Shown here one piece after another: positions 52,777 to 64,000 of a stretch of 64,000 nt of DNA. The stretch's first letter is position 1; each line of letters begins with the position of its first letter. The DNA is taken from assembly GCF_018350175.1 (NCBI RefSeq), contig NC_058368.1, positions 227,232,001 through 227,296,000 of the forward strand, in the 5' to 3' direction. The position numbers were made by a program, and so were the translations under genes. The notes under the pieces were generated by a model. That model saw nothing but the letters and a program-made list of their open reading frames with translations. It was not told where the DNA came from and searched no databases. This stretch comes from Felis catus (lineage: Eukaryota).

Positions 52777-53829
52777 TGAAAAGTTTCAAGGGCTGAAAGG
52801 AATGGAGTTTGTGTTCCTTGCGCAAGAAAAGAAAATGTGTTTTCTCTGGGAAGCCCTCGTTGTAATTCCTTGACTCCCAAACCCTGGGTCAGAGAGCAGG
52901 TCATTTCCGTCAGTTCAACGAAATGGCCTGTGCTTCCTGAGAGAGACACGTTACTACAGAGACTCAACCTTCAACAGAAAAATAGAACGGTTGTTATGTA
53001 GGATTAATGCTCATCGGCAGAGAGAACAAATGAGATTGTTTAACATATTAAAATTAACTTATTTGAGGACCTCGTTATTCTATCAGATTCAAAGACAAGA
53101 CTAAATACTGTGGCATAACATTCTTTCATGAAAAAAGGCCGCATCATACATATAGCGACTAGCATGCGGGTTTCACCGAGACCTTGGAAAAGCACTTGCT
53201 TGGGAGGCCGAGTCCTGCTTCTGCCTTCTTGGTGGTGATAAAATTCTAAGAGCATGACTTCCGAGCTCCTCCTTGGCTTTTAAAACAGCTCAGCTTAGGA
53301 GGCATAAAAACTGAGTGGCACATGTATTGAGCCCAGTTGCATAAAACCCGTGAATAACAGCTCGTAAACCCATTGTGTGCCTTCAAAACAGCACTGGCTC
53401 TATGAGAATCATGAATGTCAGTGGTGAATGAAGGAGCCAGAAGATTAACCCAAACCCTTCACCTTGTATTCAGATGGCAGCTAATGTTTACTTACATGAC
53501 TGTGAAAGTAAAGGGTGGGAGGCCTTTTGGGTTTTCCTTTTGAATGTAGCCCAGAGGCTTGTGCTGAGAGCCATGTGAGACAATGAGAAGGTGCTGCTAG
53601 GGGCTGGGTGTTCAGCCAAAGTGTTGGTATTGACCATTTAATTTGGGCTGGGGGCTTCAGGGCCTGGGGTTGCGCGGAGGAGATGCTCTTTTTCCTTCAG
53701 CTCAGGCCCTGAATACTAACTCGTGGACTGTGCTTTGAAGAAAGCTTCAGCAGCTAGATTTGATCTGGACCATTTTCAAAGATAGCATATACCTTTGAGA
53801 AAATTCCATACAGGAAATGAGTAGGTCTA

Positions 53830-54012
53830 GGGGCACCTGGGTCTGCTGAGCATCCGACTCTCGATTTCGGGTCAGGTTAGGATCTCACAGTTCGTGAGTT
53901 GAGTTCGAGCCCCACGTCGGGCTCTGCGCTGACGGTGCGGAGCCTGCTTGGGACTCTCTCCCTCTCTATCTGCCCCTCTCTGCTTCCTAAAATAAAAACA
54001 AGCAAGACAGAG
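53830..54012 (+). mobile_element. CAN-SINE
   Basis: TSD core taggtcta. Confidence 0.88.
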
Positions 54013-55094
54013 AGAAATAAATAGGTCTAGATAAATTTTTGTTTCAATGGGTAAATCAGTTCCCTTTTGCTACCAGTTTTTATTTGGGTTTCTGAATAAC
54101 CCTAACATTCCCTGTTTTTGTCATAGCTGAACAAGACTTCAGTACTAAAAGCTAATTACTAGCCGTCAGTAGTCATGGAAGAAAAAAGCTGAATGTCCTG
54201 TGTTATCAAAACTGTTACGAGGAACAAGGGATCATTGACATAAAAATCAGCCTCATTTTTCAAATGCAACCTAAAATTTTCAATTTTAAAATCGATAAAA
54301 ATCTTAGATTTGAATCAGAATGGTTCCGCATCCCAGATGTATTTAACGATTGTTTTGCGTAGACACTTGGAATTTTGTTGGACTGACAGACTTCGAAGTC
54401 TAGAGGATCCACCGGCCCAGGAGTTCGAGTCTATTCTGTGTGCCCCAGAGCCTGGCTCTAGATGTCCACATTGCAGAAGGCTTGGGAGTATTTCTAGCTT
54501 CTTTGTTAGAAGTTGCCAATAAGTGTCTCATTTTAGCTAAATTGTAGCCACTACTGTTGTCATGGGCTCATGGATGAGACATCACTTTTTTAAATTGCAG
54601 GGCGTGGGATTTGCCACACCAAACCTTAATTTAGGCCAGTGGTCAGGGTGTAGGTGTTTTCCACCTCCCCCTCTTAATTAATCTATAAAAGAGAGGAAAA
54701 CTTGCTGACCGTGTATGTGGGTTCATTGGAGTCCTAGTTAATTTCACGTGCGTAAAGTTAGATTTGCCTGACCTCCTAATTCCCACCGACGGAGACACCA
54801 CTGCTGTGGATGTTTTATTTCCTTACGCATCTATTCTCAACAGTGCCCTGGAAGGCGTCTTGCGTGTTCCAGCCTGGGCAGTCAGCAGAGCTCAGGGGAA
54901 CAAGTTCCTATGCTCCTACGGGGAGCAATTGAAGTAACTTCTAGAGTGGTTCCATTTGTCAGTCTTCCCCTCTCGGTAAGCTTCTCCATTATTCATGGAT
55001 TATAGACCAGCCCTGTAAAGGTAAAAGGGTACAACTTGATATAATTTAAACCAGCAAGGGTGCTAGAAATGGACAGTTTCAGCACAGTCACGAA

Positions 55095-55590
55095 GTGTAT
55101 CACGAGGTAACAAACCACCCCAATACTCAGTGACTCAAAACAGCATTTATTCTTGGCTCACCAGACCATGGGCCATCTGGGTGGTTCTTTTGGACTTGGT
55201 GGCTCATGCCTTTGTGGTCAGTGGAGACTCAGGGGGAGGCTCTGCTGATCTTGGTGGGCTCACTGGGGGACGTCAGCCAATAGTAGGCTGGTCCAGATGG
55301 CCTCCGATGGGACAGCTGAGCCCTCTTCCACCAGCCTGAGCTTGTGTGCACAGCTGTGGCAATACCCCAAGTGAGAAGACAGAGACCCACAAGGCCTTTT
55401 GAGGCCAAGAATTGGAAGGGGCACCATCACGGCCCCTGCACGTGACTGGCCAAGACAAATCCCAGGCCAGCCCACGTTCAAAGGGGTAGGGAATATAGAC
55501 TCCAACTTTTCACCGGAGGAACTACAAAATCACATAGCAGATAAGGGATATAAGGAGGAGAGAAGAATCAGGGACATTTTGCAATCAGTC
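55095..55590. mobile_element. MaLR solo LTR (MLT1-type)
   Basis: gtaacaaaccaccccaatactcagtgactcaaaacagcatttatt...gggaatatagactcca...cattttgcaatc. Confidence 0.7.
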
Positions 55591-57179
55591 TCCCCCAAAC
55601 ACTTCTTTGGGAGACGGTGGATTCATGCATTTATTCAATCAACATGTATTGAACACCTACAGTGGGCTAGATCCTGGGCATTCAGATATGAATAAGGCAT
55701 GTTCTTTAGAGAGAAGCAAGATATCGTACAGTAAATTATTACAAATTCCACTCCACGGAGTCTTGATACCAATGAGATAGAATTCATGTTCTTGTGTTAA
55801 GATTTCACATTTACTTTACTGACTTTATGCATGGGTTTATGATACATCTCTAAGGCCTGAGCAGTGTTTGTACCTCCCACGCCCAAATCTTTCAGGTAAA
55901 TGTTGCACAGTGCAGATTCTAGAGGGCTGTGTCCTATGTCCCTGTTCCAGCCCCCACGTAGGTAACCAGCCTCTTCACAGTGGAGTTAGCTGGCATAGTG
56001 CCTGATGCATATGTCATTCACCCGCATGTGTTGAGGTGACTTAAATACTGGCCATACAAGCACACACTTTGAAATGATTCATTAGAAGCACAGGGGTCAA
56101 GTTACCTGCCGTGTGAAAAGCCTAGTAAATAGAGAACCTAGCAACCTAATCAGTACAAGTAAGACTTTTAAGCATGGGAACTTGGGAATTTGAATGAGAA
56201 TAAGGGTTCTCAAATTTGCCTCTTGGAAATACACATATTGTCCTGTTACTTGATTGGGAGGAGGGCTGTCTCCTCAGTTCCCATGGGAAAATCTAGGTAT
56301 ATAGACTTGTTTGGATTAATATTAATATTTCGTGGCATTTTGCAACAAGTGCTAGTTAAGTCCTGGATGACTAAGCTTGAAGAGCCACCGATTCTCGACA
56401 GGGGTCCATCACGCTGGTGGGCCGAGGGCAGGAGAGCTAGGGATCTGAATGACCCTTCCGGTTTCTTCTTGTTTGGGTGGGGTCAAAAGCTGCCTGCCTA
56501 TAAAAGGGCCAAGGCCAAGTCCTTCTGCTGCAGCCACCCCGTGAAATCTGTTTACGTCTCTTCAAAAGCCTTGTTGAATTCTTCCTTTTTACGTTCTGCT
56601 CTTCATCAGGAGTATGAGCTGTTTCAGAACAATCCAGGTAGGGCAGTTTATAGAAGCTGAGGGGTAGGAAAGGTGAAGGCGGCCAGCCTGGTAATTATGG
56701 ACTCTATGCAAAGCACTTGAAACAAATTACCCCCAGCGGACAACGCCAGCCAGGAACAGCTCAGGGGCACAGGAGGGAGGGAGGGGGAATTGGGTGAAAA
56801 ACAGCTGCTGGGATTTTATATTCCCAACTCACAGGGTGGAAACAACAGCCTTTGTAGTTACAATCGGACTCTTCTCTGTGTGGGGGAGGAGGAGGAGGAG
56901 AGGTAAGAAATAGCTAAAGGAGGAGAAGTAAAAAGAAGCCAAAGGGGCCTCCAGCCCCTAGGTCCCAAAGTCCCCTGGAGCCTGGAGGCCGGGAGGGAGG
57001 AGCCCAGCACCAGCTGCCGGCTGAGAAAAGCAAGGGAGTGGGAGGGGCAGAGAGGCCTGGTCCTGGCAGAGGCAGAAAGCCTGGCAACTGAACTCACCAC
57101 CCAGCCGTCCTTCTGTCCACTCTCCATTGTCCTGCATCAAGGCGCTATTTTTGATACTTTCGTTGAAGGAGTCTAATAG

Positions 57180-57392
57180 GGGGGCGCCTGGGTGGCCCAG
57201 TCCGTGAAGGGTCCGAGCCCGGCTCAGGTCATGATCTCACAGTTCATGGGTTCGATCCCCGCATCTGACTCCATGCCGACGGCGGGGAGCCTGCTTGGGA
57301 TCTTCTCACTCCCTCTCTTTGTCCCTCCCTGATTCTCTCTCTCTCAAAAACAAACAGACATTATAAATTAAATAAATAAATAAATAAATAAA
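57180..57392 (+). mobile_element. CAN-SINE with (AAAT)n tail
   Basis: Head and body; TSD ctaatag. Confidence 0.9.
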
Positions 57393-57544
57393 TACCTAAT
57401 AGATACCTTTAGATCAACGTACAGAAGGTGGAGAAGCTGATTGATATTGATCTCTGCCCCCGGGGCCTCCTCCCAAGTGCTCAAACTCACAGGTCCCAGG
57501 GAGGAAAAGAATTCTGGCTCCCGTTTTCCTGGAGGCCCCCCGTG

Positions 57545-57975
57545 TGACTCTGCTAGGGCCGTCCTAACAATGCAGCACAGACCGGGAGGCCAAGACCACA
57601 GAAACGCACGGTCTCCCAGTTCACGAGGCTGCACGATGAAGCCGGCAGTACGGTTGCTCCCTTCTGGGACTCTCTCCTGGCCTCCGTGGTTTGAGGGCGA
57701 CCCGGGGCTTCCTGCGGCTGCAGGGACATCACCCCCATCTCCAGCTTCACGTCTGCGTGGCGCTCTCCCTGTGCGCGTCCACCTCTGGGTCCACATTTCC
57801 CCTTTTTAGAAGGACCCCAGGCATACTGCGTTGGGAGCCCCCCCTGCTCCCGTGTGACCTCATCTTACCAAATTATATCTGCGGTGACCCTGTTGCCAAT
57901 CAGGTCCCGTTCTGCCGTCCTGGGGAGGCGACTCCACATACGAATTCAAGGGGACACGCAGCTCTGCCCGGCACC
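57545..57975. mobile_element. MaLR solo LTR (MLT1A/B/C-like)
   Basis: ctagggccgtcctaacaa...ctcccagttc...gacctcatctta...aggtcccgttctg. Confidence 0.7.
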
Positions 57976-59399
57976 CCGCCCCTCTGGATCTCGGCCTTCC
58001 CCAGTTTCAGAGTCCAGTCAAGTGCACTCTGGCATTGTCTGTGGGCTCTAACCTTTACCCCAGAATGTCAGCCCCGTGAGCTATTCATAGCCGCCCGGCG
58101 CCTGCCGCTGGCACTGCATTGCTCTGCTCACCCAGCCCAGCTGTCCTCACCCGCCAGGAGGGGACACTCTGCAGGCAGGGGCTGGGTCGCCTCCTGGTAG
58201 GTCCCAGCACAGTGGTCGAGTCCCGACCGAATGAAACAAACATACAAATAAACAGCAGGAACAATGAACTCCGAGACAAAACTTCTAGGTTTCGGCGCCC
58301 TGAGTAAGCCACTCATTCCCGTGAGCAAGGGACATCTTCATCCTGGCCTTGTGTTTCCGTCTGTCTTGCCGTCCCACGTCTGAGTGCGAGGCTCACCTGA
58401 CTGCCGCCAAGGCAGGCTGGCTGGCTCCCTCCCCGCCCCTCCCCTGAGCCTTCCTGGGTCAGACCAAGCCCTCTCTAGCCTGCTGGTCTAATCTGTGTGC
58501 CTTCTGACCCCAATTTGGAGAAGATAGCCGCCTCCTTCCCTCCTTGTCCCACCTTCCCGAGTCTTTTCTCTTTCTGCCCCTGGACACCTGCCTCTCGGAA
58601 TGCCCTCTTGCTGCCTCAGTGTCTCTGCTGGCCCCACCATGCTCCACACCTGACATGTTTGCTCACCTGGCAGCTCACCAGTTGGTTTTCACCTCTGACC
58701 CCCCCCCCCCTTGGAGGGTTTCAATCTCTCCTCCTGCGCTGCCCCCCCCCCCCGTCCCACCTTGCGCTCTGGATGTCTTGACCATCCCACCCCCCTACCC
58801 CTTAAAATCACTTACGTGCACCTCTCCCCTCTCTGGGATTCCCATTTGCACATCTGAACATCCTCGATATCGTCCCAAAGACCTGGCTGACTTCAAAATT
58901 CCCGTGATTCAAGCCTCATCCTGAAAAAGGATGGAGGGCTATTTGTTAACGACCAGCTTCTTCTTATTATCAGTTAATATGGTTATAAGTCATCGCCCAA
59001 ACTTTGAAGGGGGGGAGGGATCTTACTATTTCACGTAAAATGAGACTCTGTCTGCATTCTATCTCCTTTCTGATTTCACAGCAGCTTCTGTACTTGTCCA
59101 TATGCATTAATATTCATATTTTTTAATGAAAACAGCAGGAAGACTGTTATTAAAGGTCCATGTAAAATACAATGAAAAACACAATTAGTATCTTCCTCTG
59201 TAGTCTAAACATGTATCAATAAGGTAAACATAGCTTACTAATTTATTTAATCTTTGCTAACAACCCCTGTCAGAACGCCTAGCCAATACATTCAAAAGAC
59301 CTTTCTCTTTCTTCCTTTATGTCTATTTGGCAGCTATGAATTCATTCAGCCGGTATTGGCTCGGTGCCCACATGCTCCTCCCAAAGGATGAAACAAAAA

Positions 59400-59895
59400 G
59401 AATGGCAAGCCGTGAAAAGCTAGGTTTACATTTTTTATTGAAGAGGCATATTCACAACTGGGCATTTTCTCTTAGTAAATAAGTAACACTCTATACAAAC
59501 ACGTAGCCTCCGAGCAATCCATCATGCATCCGAATATAGGTGAATATAATGCTTTCATAGTATTAAAATAACAGAAACAACCTAAATGTGTACTAATAGG
59601 AGACTAAGTTGATGCTAAGTAAACCTGCAAAAAAGGAACTCATCTCAACCACCTAAGTATGGAAGCGTATCATGGAAAGCTGTTCATGGTTTACAAAAGA
59701 GTATATACATAGTATGATCTCATTTTTATGTTAAAACACACATGCATAGCCCACACACATGCCCACCACACACACCCCATAAAAGAACTGGGCAGTTGGA
59801 ATCCAGAGCCTTAACCGTGACCCCCTCCTCTGGGTAGGGGGATGAGATAGTAGACGTTTTTGTTTTGTTTTTTTCCTCGTTGCTCATCTGCATTT
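59400..59895 (+). mobile_element. Old L1ME-like 3' remnant
   Basis: aaacaacctaaatgt, tagtatgatctcatttttatg, tgcattttataattttttctaca. Confidence 0.45.
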
Positions 59896-59900
59896 TATAA

Positions 59901-60750
<850 letters not shown>

Positions 60751-61293
60751 GTGGACCGTTGACTTTTAACCAGTGCATCCTGTCTCTTTGTTTTATTATG
60801 AGAATTGTCTGTATTTGTCAGAAGTTCTGGCAGGAGGCCAGAGAGCCTACTTGAAAATTTGATTTAACTATAAAGATCTTTTCTGATATATTCAGGATCA
60901 AAGGATCAGGACAGCTTTCTGATAAACTTACCATTGGTGTGGCTTAACCACCCACATCTTTTTAGAATAAGAATCTCTTGAATATATTGGTAGGATTTCA
61001 TTACTTTAACAGCCAGCTTTATACATTACTAAGGGCAGCTCCCTGCCATAGATTAAATCCTTTGTCATGATACTAAAGAGTGCTCAGAGAATGCTTTTTT
61101 TCTATTCCTCTGTAGTATAGGTATAAAAGAGACTTAGCCAAAAAAAAAAAAAATATCTATATATCTATATCTATATATAGATAGCTCCAATAATATTCAA
61201 TGATGGAAAATAAACCCCTTCTTTGGGCTCGATTTTAAATTACTTTTAGGAGGAGACTTAAAAATATTAATATGGGGGAAAATATGTTAATAA

Positions 61294-61445
61294 GGGGGCG
61301 CCTGGGTGGCTCAGTGGTTTGAGCGTCCCACTCTTGATTTCGGCTCAGGTCATGATCCCAAGGTCGTGGGGTCAAGCCCCATACCAGTGTCCGTGCTGAG
61401 CACAGAACCTGCTTGGGATTCTCTTTCTTTCTCTCTCTAAAATAA
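61294..61445 (+). mobile_element. CAN-SINE
   Basis: TSD atatgttaat. Confidence 0.88.
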
Positions 61446-63248
61446 TGTATATGTTAATCTGTACAATTTTTCACCACCCTTCACCCCAAGTTTTATGTAG
61501 TGTAGACGCATGAGGTGAGTGGGCACCTGCCTGGAGGCGAGGCCACCGCCCCACATCCTTGGCGAGATGACACGAGGCCAATTGCCCGTGGTCCTTCTTC
61601 TCGAGTGTTATCAGCGGTGTCAAACTGCCTGTAGTTAGGTTACTGATGCAGCCTCACTGAATGGCTGCCCGCTTTCCACCGGTTGGCACAGTAACCTTAA
61701 ATCCTAAACTCATAGTTTCAACACAGAGGCCCTGATGCCCAGTTGGTGTCACATCAGTGTAGGTGCGAGGATCTGGGCATTGGAGCACTGGTACCTGGAT
61801 TTTCTTTTCCTTACTTATTCCCAAATAAGAAATTTAAGACACATTACCCCCACCCCCCCCCCCAAAAAAAAAGAAAGAAAGAAAAAAGGCACAGGGGCGG
61901 GATTTCCTAAAACCAGATTCCCCATGGTGTCCACGCAGGCCTAAGGAGGCACCACAGTGCTTGAAGTCAGAGAACTGAATGATGTGACCTTTATCACATC
62001 CGAAGTAAAAGCCCAGCTTCCCAGACAGAATCTGTGATACTGCTCTAATGCCCACCCACCATCTGTATGGGGACTCTGTAAACACGTAGAAGAATTACGG
62101 TTATACAGTGACTTCAGGGACTCGGGACTAAAAGCGAATCACAGACTCTTACGTGCCCCGTGTTCCATTTTCCTTCAGGTGTATTTATTTGCCATGAGAG
62201 AGTTTCTAAAACTCAGTATGACACCAGAGCATTGGTGATCAACACCCTTTACTTCTGTGTTTCGTTTATCAACTGCCCCCAAAGACCCAGCAGTAGGAGA
62301 CTGCTAATAAAAGAACAAAATGGTGAGCACTTATAAAGAGCCAGGTGATCCCTCCCCAAGCTCCCCCCCCTACACACCCATACCTGCACCGTGGCCCTGG
62401 TGTATTGGTTGGAGAGATAATATTTGAAAGCCACAAAGCTTACCATCCAGATGGCTTTGGTCAACAGAGATAGCCCACAAGCCACTATTTGCAAACGTTA
62501 TCGACGGTTTGCATTTCTTTCCACGTCTGGCACCTCGGGACCTGTGAGCTGAGGGAGGATGAGCTGCTCTGTGCAGCCCCGACACAGACCTAGGGGAATA
62601 AATTGTATTTGTCCGATTGCGTTTAGTTCACATGAAATGTGATTTCTATGTCAGTCCGCATCGGCCTTTACAGGTTAGAGGGATCATCTTTCAACAGATC
62701 CTGTCTTGAACTCCCGGCCTCCAAACTCACCTTTCCCTGGGCTTTCCATGGTCTGCTCCCCGCAGAGGGACCTTCCTCATAGTTGCCCTCAAAAGCAAGG
62801 TGTCAGATCAGATCCTGCCCTGGCTTGACAAGAAGGAAGAAGAGCCCTCATTAGAGCCCTGATCAGCTGATGAGAACCCATAATGACTGTAATAACTTAG
62901 AACCAACCTGGAGCCCTCATTATAACATGCTTCGTGTAAGGAGAACGCTTCTGCCTGGCACTCCGACCGCCCCAGAGAGGGAGAGGCGGCGTTTCCTCCG
63001 TTCCTGGTAGCCACCCAGCTTTCCTGCCAGGCACGTGGACCTAAGGAGTACACTGGCCTGCGTATAATCTGTCCTAAATCAATACCGTGCCGTCACGGAT
63101 GCCACTTAAAAAAATCTTGTGTGCACCTAGCCATCAGGCCAAGTGCCAGTCATTTGACCAACTGAAAATTTGTCCTGTGCTCCTAAGGTGTCGGGGGGTA
63201 CAAAGTCTATTTCAGGAACTCCCAGGCAATCCTGACGACCAGAAGTGA

Positions 63249-63560
<312 letters not shown>

Positions 63561-64000
63561 TAATCCTGCTGGCTGGAGGGTGGTAGGAATTTAAAGTCAG
63601 TGGCAGAGGTTTGGGCTCGCACGAGAAACAGCCATCAGGTCCCAGCTAGTACATGTCTGGTGGTCAGAGGGTCACTGTGCACTTGGCTGGACGCACACTT
63701 GGCCCTCTGTGTGGCCCAACAGTACATGGTCTGTCCCTCGGTCCCAGAGGGAGCTCTTAGGAACTGCTCTTATGCCGCTCAGGGCTGCCATTCACACGTC
63801 ATTCGCCCACGTTTCAAAAGAGCCAGGACGTTGGACCCACGCTGCACGCTTCCTGCTGAATCCAGGCCCCTGGGGTCTGGCACCAACCCTGATTTTCCAT
63901 TTTCCTTCCCTTCCTCTGCCACCGGGGATACTGCCTGAAACATTTCAGCAGGAAATTAGATCTAATTCCTATAATCTATAAATTAGGCATAGTTCCTGCC

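Overview
This is mammalian genomic DNA from a felid (cat family), not a microbial locus. About 38 carnivore tRNA-derived SINEs are present, including a near-identical young Felis-type subfamily. The window lies inside the ANKH gene (progressive ankylosis homolog, a membrane protein needed for extracellular pyrophosphate/ATP/citrate output) on the + strand. Bases 1-52470 are the 3' part of the very long first intron. Three coding exons follow, at 52471-52687, 60016-60134 and 63297-63380, with canonical AG/GT junctions and matching phases. The rest is intronic: SINEs, one 5'-truncated felid L1, old L1/L2/MIR remnants, solo LTRs, a MER33 and microsatellites. Nearly all ORF-track entries are spurious. 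I see no evidence for a novel multi-gene system. The observations most worth checking are a candidate L1 3' transduction with a nested SINE, a directly abutting inverted SINE pair, a palindrome made of two HIF-type cores, an apparent Ser-to-Asn change creating an N-K-T sequon in ANKH, and a templated-insertion repair scar. Repeat names were assigned by eye and their boundaries are approximate.
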